Source: Chrysomallon squamiferum
Taxonomy: Eukaryota > Animalia > Mollusca
Length of the DNA: 64,000 nt
Direction of reading: 5' to 3'
NCBI GenBank assembly: GCA_012295275.1
Contig: CM022667.1
Coordinates: 1,302,001 to 1,366,000 of the forward strand
The notes under the pieces are model-generated. The model was not told the origin of the DNA and did no database searches. It saw only the letters and a program-made list of their open reading frames with translations. The position numbers and the translations under genes were made by a program. Shown in pieces: positions 1 to 13,193 of the stretch (its first letter is position 1; every line of letters starts with the position of its first letter).

Positions 1-2368
1 AAAAAAATGAACATAAGGTGTAATTTTTGAGAAACAAAGTTTATAATATAATATAACCAGATAAGTGTATAAGGAAGAGCAAGATAGGGGAAGAGGGATA
101 ATAAGAGAGAAAATGAGAAAAAAAAAAATAGGAGAGAGAGAATGCTACATGGCTTTAGGTTATTATTTGAGAAATGTAAATTTTATGTTTAGTTATTGTT
201 TTCACAAGCTGATAGTTCACCTACATTGTATCACATTTCAATTCGGTATACACTGTTACGTTTTTTGATTGATTTTCAAAGCAAATTTGTTGTTCTTTCT
301 GAGAACTCTACTGAACTGGAAAGTGAGCTTAGATCTGCAGTGTTACACTAAACATAATATCAAACCTGTTTATATATTTCCTTTTGTTTTATCACTTTTT
401 TTTTGTTTTGTTATTTTATTGCATTATCAAGAATTTCCTGGGGATACGAATTCCATTTCAGTTGATTTCAAAACTATCAGAACACTGCATCAACTTGAAT
501 TATTAACTGATCAAGCAAAAATTCATAAAATATAAATTTTACATACGTTTATTAGACTGTGAATTCATTTTTATTCTGTGACAGACCATAAATTTGACAA
601 CACTGAATTATTTTGTTTATCTCAGGGATTTTATATTCGATGATTAGATATTGCAATGGAATTATATATTTTAAAATTAAGAAGTTTTCAGATCACGGAA
701 GAAAACGAAAAATGATATAAGGAATGTATGGATGTTATATTAAACCTTTTCAGTGTCTTAGATACAAAGCATAGCGTAAGTGTATGGAAGTGTGTAATTA
801 TAAATATTTGCATAATTAGGAAAGTAGGGAAATAATATTAAAATATGTCTGAGGTGAATATGTAACTCACACAAACATACATCAGCATGTTGCTGCACAA
901 ATATTATAAACATATACATATACATACACACATATATACATACATACATACATACATACATTCATATATATGTGTGTGTTTAGACAGACACACACATACC
1001 CATAATACTTACATATACATATATTTATTTTCACAGATATCCATCTTTTCACTTTGAGAGGTATAAGTGTTTTCGAAAGATCAAAGTTTGAATTTTCAAA
1101 GCTCAACTCTATGTGTGTGTGTGTGTGTGTGTGTGTTAGTTATATGTCTGTCTACTTTGCACCTGTTTACTTACAAATATGTATACATATTTATTTACAG
1201 ACAGACATAGAAATAGATATATAGAAAAACACACATCTATATACTGTACAAAAAGAAAAGCATGCAGATATCAACTCAAGCACAAGAGAAACATCATAAA
1301 AAAAATTACAAGTTCGATGATTCTTTTTCACTTAAATGCACTTAACGGTAAGCCTATATATAAATTATAATGTTAGCCTGGGGTTACAATTTCTGTACAT
1401 TTCTTTTACGTAGGTAATCACACTAGAAACTGCTACATGCACATATTTATAAATTTCACTACTCTAATTTTGGTTTTCTATGTAATAATGTATTATTCAC
1501 CATTAACGTCACTGATGCAAAACCTGTTTCATTTACTCAAAATCTCCGTCAAACTGTGAATAAATTAATTTGATTTCGTTCGTTGTGGTTTGTGGAAGCA
1601 GTTTTCGTGTTTGTTAACGTAATATTGCGTAGTGGCGGCGGTGACGTAAACTGATATTGATTAATGCTGTCACCAGATTAGAGCGTCAGATTAAGTACAT
1701 ACATTACACAGTCTGCAGGCTTACAAGCCAAATCACAATTACTTTGTTTTGCACTTTATTTTCACTCTTCTTCCTCCTTTTTATATTTATTTTTTTATTT
1801 ATTTTTTTAAATGTTTTTTTATTTTTATTTTATTTATGGTAAAAAAAAAATGTATATGTCTGTCATTCGTTCTCACTGTCTGTCTTTTTATTTATTTTTT
1901 TAAATGTTTTTCTTTCTTTCTCTCTTTCTTTCTCTCTTTCTCCAAACTCTCCAAAATAAAAGAATGAATAAGAAAGAGAAACAAAATGAAAGAAAAATAA
2001 ATAAAAATAAAAAGGTTGAATGAACTAGTTTACTGACACTGTCGTTTCTGTTGACTTTATTTTTCTTTTCTTTTCTTTCTGTTATCGATAGCTGAATGAA
2101 ACCTGCTATTTTCATTATTTCATATTCATGTATTTCTCTTTTCTTTCTATTATTCCTGTCCATAATAGTATTATTTTCAGTATTCTAGAACAAATAAAAA
2201 GAAGAATGAATAAACCATTGTCAGTACTATCACATTCTTTCAACCTCATTTATTTTTTCTTTTCTTTCAATTATTTCTATCATCAAAAAAAATAAAAAAT
2301 AAAAAATTGTGTTATTTCATCTTCATTTATTTTTCTTTTCTTTCTGTTATTCCTGGCATTGTTTCTAG

Positions 2369-2451
2369 TACCTGTGTAAATGCTGTGTGTGTGGGTGGGT
2401 GAAGTGATGAAGTCTTTGTGTCCTGCTAGTTAACAACAGATGAGATGATAG
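2369..2451 (+). other. Putative mostly-UTR exon carrying the ATXN1 start codon (ATG 2445)
   Basis: Pyrimidine tract plus ctag acceptor at 2368 and a tag|gtaacc donor at 2451. ATG ATA G is in phase with exon 5615, with an in-frame TAG just upstream. Confidence 0.5.
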
Positions 2452-4635
2452 GTAACCATGGCGTCCATGTTCTCTCTCCGCAAAGAAAATGTCACCTCCC
2501 ACTCTTGTCTGCTTCTTTAAAGTACAAAACGACAAACTAGTTGCATCATTCACTCGCACATACGTGATGTTAAGACTAAAGCACTGGAATAATAAAATAA
2601 CAAAAAAACCTTCAGTTTTTTTTTTTTTAGTCATTGCAGTAGTACATCATCTGATAATTAAATTGATTCTTATAATTATACTCTGCTTTTTTTTTTTTTT
2701 TTTATGCCAGTGCAGTAGTACTTCATATGATAATTAATTTTGGTTCTTATAATTAATATGTTTTTTTCTTTTTTTTTTTTAGTCAGTGCAGTAGTACTTC
2801 ATATGATAATTAATTTTGTTCTTATAATTAATATGTTTTTTTTTTTTTGTTTTTTTTTTATGCCAGTACAGTAGTACTTCATATGATAATTAATTTTGGT
2901 TCTTTTAATTAATATCTGCTTTTTTTTTTTTTTTTTTTTATGCCAGTGCAGTAGTACTTCATCTTGTAATTAATTTGGTTCTTATAATTAATATCTGCTC
3001 TTTTTTTTTATAATTTTTGCAGAAGAACTTCATTTGATAATTAATTTCTTTTTTCTTTGTGCAGAAGAACTTCATTTGTTAATTCATTTGGTTTTTATAA
3101 TTAATTGCTGCTCTTTTTTTTTTTTTGTAGTCAGTACTGAAGAACTTCATTTTTTAATTTGGTTTTTTTTAATGCCTGTTTTTTTTTATGCCAGTGCAGT
3201 AGTACTTCATCTGTTAATTCATTTGGGTTTTTTTGTAATTAATATCTGTTGATTAATGACTTGAGATTTTGTTAGATAATTATAACCTAAAGCAGGATAT
3301 ATAATTAAGTTTATTAATCAGGTTTTTACAATTATGTTTCGGGATACAATTATATTAGTAAATCACAGATGTGTTAATAAGTAGCACTTCTTCGTCTGTT
3401 GATTAATTTGGTTTTTAAAATTATGTTTTAGGTTACAGTTATGTAAATAAAATTTTTAAAAATGGTTTAATTAGTGCAGTAATACTTCATCTGTTAATTA
3501 ATCAGGATTTATAATTATGTTTTTTTAGGTTATAATAATGAAATAAAATGCTTTTTTGGGGAGGGGATGTATTGGTTTAGACCACTGTAAGCCAAAATAG
3601 AAAATTATAATTTCAGTATTTTGTAAAAAGTAATTCAGAATAAAGATAAATCTGTTGAAATATCTCATTTTATATGTTATTGCATAAAATAAAAAATAGA
3701 ATTTTTTTTTTTTTTTTTTTTTTTTTTGGATATACAAATTTGGAATGAAAAATTAATTATTTTGTAAATGTACAAAAGTTACAAACAGCATCATGCCTAC
3801 ATAAATTTCTTTATTTCCTTAGTTTGCTTTTTTAACATTAAATAAAAGTGTTAATGTTTTTTTTTGTCCCTATTCATAATTTAAAAGATGTTTGTCAAAA
3901 ATTTGGTTATTGATTAATCTTTCAGAAATGTATGTGGGTGTGCATACCTAGGTGTGGATGTGAATGTGTATCGGCACATATCCTTATATGTTTTTTTTAT
4001 ATAAATACTTACATACACATGTTTCAGTGAAAAAAAACCTGTTTCAAATATAAACACATTCATTGTTGTTTAAGCCACAAATAATCTTATTTAAACACAA
4101 TTTTTTTTTTTTAAATTTACTCGATAAGAAATAAAGATTAAAATATTTCTAACTTTATTTTCTTATTAGGCAGTAACACATCAAACAATTTTTATGCCAT
4201 TCATGGTATTTTAGCATTATTTTATTACTGGTATGCAATAACATTCATGCCTGAAGTACTTCCACGGGCCATGCATTCCATTTTTAATTCAAAAACATAT
4301 TTTAAAATGAGCACCATCGTTATTATTAATTGATGTAAGAGCATTACAACGCATGATGCAAAGTTCCAAAAATAACAACCTGTCCATTGGAAAACAAGAC
4401 TTAAATATCCAGTTTAATCCACTGACTTAAAATAAATGTTTTGTGTTAAATTAAGCATAAGAGAATTTTATCCTGAACCGAATTCTGATTTACTGATTTT
4501 ATTTTTATTTTTTTTTTTTTTTTTCTGTAAGTCACCACTCGAAAAAAAAAATACATAATGTGAATAAATGTGAGATTGTTCTGCTTTCAGCAAACTAAGG
4601 AGTGGTCTAAATAATTTTTTTAATTTTTATTTATT

Positions 4636-4683
<48 letters not shown>

Positions 4684-7600
4684 GTTGTTGTTGTTTTTTT
4701 GTTTTTTATTTAACATTTTAAAGAACAATATCCCAATAATAATAATAATAATAATAAACTTATTCTAGATATTTTGAAAATTTTTGCCTTAACTGATATT
4801 TTTCAGATTTTACTTTTACCGTTTTGTCTTTGGCAACTAAAGAAATGAGAAGAAGAAGTAAAAAAAAACAACATATATATATATATATTTCAGAATTTTA
4901 CAGAATTCTTTTACTCTCTTTTTTTGGTGTTTGTTTTTGCTCCATTTTGTACAAGTTTATTGTTTTAACTTGCCTTTCAGATAATCATTTTACTGATTCA
5001 AGTGTATATATATACCAAAAAGTGTTTTACATCATATTTCATATATAATGCAGCACTTTATTATAATAGATCTGTGATCAAGTTTTTATGGTCCAATTTA
5101 ATTTAAAAAGTTTACAATTTTAACAGATTTTAACTGTATATTTCAAATCTTTGAAGCTAATGTTACTCTTTATTTTAGATCTAATATTATTCTTACTACA
5201 TTTTCTGTTGCTGTTGGACAAACCTATAAAAAAAGTATTATAAAATTTTACAGCATATTTCAAATCTCTTGAGTTTAAGGACAAATCTAGAAAAACAATT
5301 TATTAAAATTTGACACTATGTTTCATATCTGTAAATTTAATGTTACTGTTTGTATGTTTTTAGATTCTTAATGGTCAAATCTTGATTAAAATTTTTTTTA
5401 AACTTTTGTACTGTTTTTCAGATTTCAGAATTTAATGCTGCTGTTTATATATTTTCAAATCTTTAAAATAACTGTATATAAATATTTCTGTATGTTTCAG
5501 ATCTAATGTTACTGCTTGTATAGTTTAAGTTTCTGATGGTCAAATCTTTAAAATAATTGTATATAAATATTTCTGTAATTTTCAGATCTAATGTTACTGT
5601 TTGTATATTTTCAGGTTCTGATGGTCAAATCGTCCTGTGTCCAGAGTCACTGTCCTCCTCCAGCAATGTCTCACAAAAGCTGGTGCCAGCAAAGGAATCT
5701 ATTGTCTGGAATCACGTCGATCAAACCAACAACAGAACCACCGTACAGTATGCTGTGATCATTGGAAACAATCATTTGGATGGTACCTCGCATAAGCTTT
5801 TGAAAAACAATGTCTTCTTAACACCACTCACCGACAAGGAGAACAATCTCATTTATCCCAGTGCCGTTCTAGACTCCATATCCAAAGACAATGATGAACA
5901 TCTGGGCAAACGGATGAACAACTTAAATGGATGCGATCGAAACCGAATCGTCAGTTCTGCAGTGACAAGCCACGACAACGCCCAGTGGTCAACGCCCAGT
6001 AGCAACACAGTGAGTCAAGGTCACTCCACTGCATTATCTGCAGAGGGAATGCTCAGTGGCAGGTCGGCAACAGGTCACAGAGAAACTCAGAGTGATTCCC
6101 CAAACGCGATGCTTTCAGCTGGAGCTGTTCCGGCGCCCTCTGTTGGTGTTTTTCGACAGTCCGCTAGCGTGGAACCTGGTCAGAGACTGTTGACGGGCGG
6201 ACAGTTTATAAGTGCTGCGGCCTCGCCTTTAGGACCGTACCCTCACCTGTACAGTGTTCACGGACAGCCGACCCACATGACTCCTTACAGTGCTTTCTAT
6301 TCTCAGTACCCTCACAGCAGTGCGTACTCGCACGGGACGATGCTGACCGCGGGACACTATCCTCACATAGAGTCGTACTCTGCGATGCTGGCCAGCATGG
6401 GAAATCAGGTCCAACACGGAGGACAGTCTCAGCTACCTCGTTCACCGTTCCTGTCTGGTGGGCACCTACCTCAGCTGTCGGCCCTGGGATCGCACCGAGT
6501 GTCGTCCGCGGGATCTCCAGGACCCAGCACAAACATTCGCCAGTCGCCAGCTCACGGGGCCGGGCTGGGTCACCCTGCCGGTGAGTCACTGGCCTCGCCC
6601 AAGTCCGAGCCGCGTGACTGTGATGCCCGGTCTCAGAGGGGGTCGACGAGCAGCCTGCGGGACGAGAAGAGCTCGAGCCTGTCTCCGTCAGGTGTCATGA
6701 AGAGCTCCTCTGCGCTTCGCGACTCGCCCAAAGGGCTCGGCAGCGAGCAGCACTGCAATAAGGATTCTTTCTACAAAGTTCCCAGCGGCAAGGAAGGCAG
6801 CCTGAAGCACAGGATCCTGACCCGACCGCCAGACCTGCCCGCAGACGTCTCCCACATGGACGACTTCAAGTATCAGCAGCAGCAGCAGCAGCATTCGGTC
6901 CCACTGGACTCCCCACTTTCCAAACGTCCTAAGTTAAGTCATTTCTCAGAGACCGCGGTCACTCATCCTGATCCGGGCGCTGAGGCACGACCGGGACACG
7001 CCAGTCAGTCTGGCCCACCCCCTCACTCTCCGGGTTCCCCTCCCACAAATCTGCCCTGTCCCCCGCCCCACCTCCACTACCCTCCGCACTTCATGAAAGG
7101 TTCGATTATTCAGTTGGCAAACGGGGAGCTAAAGCATGTTGAAAACTTACAGACAGAAGACTTTGTGAACAGTGCAGAAATTAGTGACGATCTAAAGATA
7201 GACTCGAGTACAGTTGTTAGGATAAAAGAGTATCCGGAGAGGTGTACTGCAGTTTTGGGCTTCTCTGTTGGTGAACACAGAGTCCAGGTATGTTGACATC
7301 AGTTGTTATATGTTATATTAGCGATTATTTCATTTTTATTTTACAATATGTATTGACATGAAGCTGAATGATAAAACTAGATTGGGCCAATGCATGAAGG
7401 CAGCTATTCTTTATCGTTGTTATAATATGATTTCGTTTCTTAAATTTTAATTCATAAACTTTATTATTAGCAAAGATTGGTAACTACAATGATTTTTTTA
7501 CACATATTATATTGCTGCTTATTTATTCTCGCCACTGTAGATACGCCTTCATCTCTTCTCATTTCTCCATTATAGCAACTGCCATTTAGTGTCGTTACAT

Positions 7601-9032
7601 TAATATGTTCTCATTAAATGCTGGTTTTATTAACACATTGTACTGAATGTCCTCAGATACACAGTATGGCCCTTTATAGTTTTGGATTAATAAAAGTACA
7701 ACTGCTAACAGATATTACTTACAGGGGGAAAAAAGTCATATTTAATATAATTTTTATTAATGACCTTCTGTCTAGTCATCAACTTTGATATCATTTTAAG
7801 ATCAAGGATAACAAGAATTTATGTATTTAATGCTAGCTTTCAATGTTAATTTTAAAGAAGCATATTTTTCATGTTACTATCAGTAGTAATATTATTTTGA
7901 AAAAAAAGTTTATCTGATCCATTGAAAATGTTGATAAATTTGTTAGGAAGTGATTTATTTATTTATTTATTTATTTGTTTTTTTTTAATATACACACCCA
8001 CACAACCACAGACACACACACAAAAACACCATGCACCTGCACAAGAACAGATTTATAGAACCATAAAATGTTACTGATTGGAAACTGGGAGTTGTAACTC
8101 CTCTAAATGCAGTGTTTTATTAAAAACACATCACAAAGGTGTTTCTGAGTCTGTTACCTTTATTGATCTCTGTGGCATATTTAGGTCATTAAACACATTT
8201 TTTTTTTTTTTTTTTTTTTGGTTCCGTGTTGTAAGAATTATTTGCGTCACGTCACGAGTGCAACGTCGCACTGGGCGAGAGTGGCTGATGAATGCTCCAA
8301 TTATCTCCAACTACGCTTTCCAACACCATCACATACGCACTCTCCAGTCGTTAATCGCAAGAAACCTTAAATCAATGGCAGAACAACGCAAAGGCATTGA
8401 CGTCAACGCGACGAGCCAATAAAATCCACCAGTTTATAAAATACATCCTCTTCCATTTACTAACCCCCCCACCCCCACACACACACACACACACACACAC
8501 ACCGTCATTCATCGACTGTGGCCATTGACAGAAAGGGGGGGAAAAAAAAAAATCTTGTCTCGTAAATTAGCATCCATTTTTAGAAATCAATTCCTAAACG
8601 GTCGGCTATATTCACCAGAACGATGACGCATGTCGCTTATCTCAGGTGTACTGGAGCTATTTCGGTTACCTGTCCACGTCAGCACCCATTGACGGCTGAA
8701 TCTGTGATGGCATCATGTTTCCATTCTTAGAGGATAATTCCCTGTAGTAAACTCGTAATAGACTGCGGTTTAATCAGATGGATTCTGCGACAGTAATTAG
8801 AGATGCCATTTCGATGACAATGGATTCTGTTGATACTCTTTGAAAATGTGTTTATATTTATATATGTATATACGCACACAAGTTCAACGTTTACTACAGT
8901 CAAAGTTAAATGAAAATGTTGTTTTTAAAAAAAAAAACACGAAAACAACTATATATATATATTTTTACCACAGCATTGACCACAACCAAAGCTAAATTTA
9001 AGAATTTGTTTAATATATATATAGTGGTTTTG

Positions 9033-9076
<44 letters not shown>

Positions 9077-9363
9077 TTTTGATTTGGTTGTAGTAAATGC
9101 TGATATTTTATTTATGTTTTTTGTTTGTTTGTTTTTGTTTTGTTTTTTTGAGAAACTTTCTTCTTTTAAATTCATGAAAAATGGCATTTGTAAATGTGTC
9201 CAGTTCCTCATTTTGTTTCTGAATATCCAGAATTTTAGCTGCTTTGCCATGCTTGGAGTATTTTCTTTTTCATATATTTCTTATAAATAGTTGTAGTTTT
9301 TATTATGTCCCTGTACACAGAGTGCAATAAAACATAAATTTTCTCTTTATTAATATATATGTG

Positions 9364-9405
<42 letters not shown>

Positions 9406-10169
9406 AAGATGAATGGTTAATACAAACTTTATTGATGATCCACTGAGTTTACATTTTTGGGGGTGGGGGAGGTGAGGAGGTTCATGAAAATGATTTGTTT
9501 GCACCAAATTGTGTCTGAAATTATATGATATATTAAGATTTACATCATCATTCAGTATAATTTGGATAGAAGCAAATTGTTTTTAATTAATATTACTAGG
9601 GTGTTATTATTTTTTTTTTTTCCATGAATTTTATACAGTTTGACCAAGTTAAAATGAACAAAAGGAATTTAATTAATGCTTTTATAACTTTTCTTATATA
9701 TTTTACGTATTTAATTTTTGTTTAAATTTTTTAATCAGTGTTTTTTATATATATATATATATATATTTTTTTTCCCTTATCACTTTGTGATTTTAAATAG
9801 AATAACATTTTCCATTTAAAGATTTCTATTTTTGAACGTCTTAACATTTTTCACCTGTAAACCACTATAGAACCCACCCAGCCATTCAGCTATCACAAGT
9901 AATAAAAAAAAAAAAAAACATAAATAAATAAAATATAATAACACAATTCATTTCTCTATTTTTATACAGCATCCACTTGGCTTGCGACATTGGATTCTAT
10001 TATTAGCATTTCGCAAACCGTTTTAGACTTGACATCCTGGTTAAAAATACAGTAACCCTTTATATCACTTCGGTTCTCAAGTTAGCCAGAAAATAAAAGG
10101 TCAACAGTGAACAGGGATTAATTTCAGCCAATCTGGGACCATTTCAAGTGATCTTGAGCAAAAAAAATT

Positions 10170-10203
<34 letters not shown>

Positions 10204-10318
10204 CAACTTTGCCATAAGCTGGTGTGGGGACTGGCCTAAAACAAGGAATTAAATGCCACAGAATCTTTAAATAGCTTTGTCTTACCAAACAGGCTATGGA
10301 TCAGATTGTATATTTAGA

Positions 10319-10353
<35 letters not shown>

Positions 10354-10885
10354 CAAGTCAGAAGGACAGGAACAATGCGTGGGAAGGTATTGTTGTTCTA
10401 TCTTCGGTGACTTAGGAAGAGCTTAAAGGCAAAGAGACTTTTGGTTTGGTTAATGAGGTTTTCAGCCCATTCACTGTTTGAAGAGTGAATTATGAATATT
10501 CAGTGTATAAAATAATGCTCTTTCGCTTTGCTAATCTTCTGGCTTGCAAAAATTAATTAACAAATTTTTCTATTATCTAAGTTTATTGTTTTTAGTAACA
10601 TAGTTCACACGCATGTACACACACACACACGCACACACATGCACAAAGCCTGAAGCTGGTTTTCAGGGTATAAACTGAAATCTAGATGAAAATAATGAAA
10701 TGAAGAAATAACATGATCATGACATGAGTGTGTGTGTGTGTGTGTGTGTGTGTGTCTACATGTGTGCCTGCTTATGTGTATATGTCTATTTATGGGTTTC
10801 ATGTATATATATCTGTATTTATTGATAGATAGGTACGAGGTAGGTAGGTATATAGATATAAATATACCCATAGGTGTGTATGTTA

Positions 10886-10917
<32 letters not shown>

Positions 10918-11541
10918 AACAATAATTTAATCAAATTCACTGAAACCTCGGACTAACTTTAATACTTGATCTTTATGAAAACGCCATATATATGACATAG
11001 TAATGATGACATCCACAATGAAATCTTCACCATCACCTGACAAGCAAGCCACTCTTACCCCTATTAGCAGAAAAAAAAATTCTTTTGTGTGTTTTTCCCA
11101 TACACACAGGAAAACTACCGACCACAGCTTTAAACAGAAGCTGAGTTGACAATAGATGAACATCTTTCTATAGTACAGCCTTGGGACAAAGCACATTACA
11201 CTAGGTTCAGCCTCCCCTTATGAAATATAGATTAGAATAAGATAGTATCAAATGTAGGCTAGATCTCCGATAAGAAAACTTTCCATCACTGGATAAATTA
11301 TTGATATTATAGTTTACAAGGGATTTGGGATTTATTTATTTTATTAATGATTACGTTTTGTGTTTTCTTTTTATTATTAAACTATTTTTCTTTCTTTTTT
11401 TAATGTTTTTTTGTTTGTTGATAACATATATTAGACTACTGCATCATTACATTTTATTTTAAATCCTTTAATATATTTTTCTCATATAAGTAAAAGTTTC
11501 ACTTATTTATCTGTCTATCTATCTATATATATATATATATA

Positions 11542-11640
<99 letters not shown>

Positions 11641-12479
11641 CCATCCACCCATCTATTTGTTCATGATGACATAATGACTAAAGAAAATTGTGACATCACA
11701 AGTAAAGAAAAAAGGTGACATGACTAAAGAAAAACAGTGACATCATGACTAAACAAAAATGTTGACATGACTAAAGAGAAATAGTGACACAACTAAAAAA
11801 ATAGTGAGATGACTAAAGAAAAATAGTGTTATCATGACTAAAGAAAAATCGTGACATGACTAAAGAAAAACAGTGACGAGATAACTAAAGAAAAACAGTG
11901 ACTAAAGATTAAGATAACTAAAGAAAAACAGTGACATGATAATTAAAGAAAAAACTAAAAAAAAATGGTGATATCTAAATATTTTCAAACTGTATTCTTT
12001 TTCTTGCAACACTTCATCACTCATTAAGATTAGATAATTACAAAAACACAAATAAAACACAGCTTTTATTAAGTGTGCAGAATACATTTCAGACTCTTTT
12101 CTTCATACCAACAAAGGTACACTTTAAACAAAGCCCTTTACTGTTAATGATTAAAAGTACTGACAACAGATTTGTATCCGTCTGTCATTAATGAAATGAG
12201 TTTAAAACTATTAATCATTAATGTTAATTTGTCAGTAAATGTGTTCATCATCATCATTCACTGAAAATGGGTTTCCCTCCACTCTTGTTACAGCTTATTG
12301 ATGACTAAGTAAAGATCATTCTGTTTCAGTAGTTGTGTGTGTTTTTTTTGCCCCCATTCATCCCTTTAAGCAGTCGTCTGGATATTTTGTTTCATTTTAT
12401 TTATTTATTTATTTATTTTATTTATTGTACTGTTATTATTATATTACATTTGCATTTTTTTTTTAGCTATTTTTTTTTT

Positions 12480-12537
<58 letters not shown>

Positions 12538-13158
12538 TGTGTGTGTGTGTGTGTGAGATAGCTTTTCTAAAAAGATTATGTGACTTTTTCCATTTCATTC
12601 ATATATGTATATATCAAGTTAGTTTTGTTTAACAAGATTTTAATTTGTATTAGATGTGTCTGTTTGTGTGTGTGTGTGTGTTTGTGTGGAAAGAATATTG
12701 GTTGTGCATATGTATGTATCTATGCGTGTATGTGTGGGTGGTATGTATACATTGAGACAGAGAAATGAGAGGGTATTGATTTTCTGTGTATATGTGTGTT
12801 ATCATTTATCAGTATGTATACACTAACTCAGATCTTTTAATATAAATGTAAATGTGACGAACACGTGTGTTTTCATTCAAAACTTATTTAATTAGATTAA
12901 TTGATTTAGGAATAAATTAGATTAAAACACTGTTCATCTTCTGTCTCTAATTGGTCGTTCACAAAGCAATTTAATTTTAAATTATTTTTTACTAAATTGT
13001 TTGTTTCTCTTTCTTTTGTTACATTTTGATTAAAAAGTTTTATTTTATTTATTTATTTATTTATTTATTTAATTATTTTTATTTTATTTATTTATCTCTT
13101 ATTTTATTTTATTAAATTTATTTAATTATTTTATTTATTTATCCATTCATTCATTCAT

Positions 13159-13193
<35 letters not shown>

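Noticed and set aside
5557-5614. ORF-track start of ATXN1 at 5557
   Set aside because: A TTG start inside an AT-rich intronic tandem repeat. The acceptor at 5614 marks the real exon edge.
6206-6894. Antisense and alternative-frame ORFs overlapping the ATXN1 exon (also 13736-14035)
   Set aside because: Expected shadow ORFs of GC-rich coding sequence, with no recognisable domains.
8078-8422. 114-aa ORF in the ATXN1 intron
   Set aside because: Non-ATG start, runs through a poly-T tract and shows no homology. The region is better explained as regulatory.
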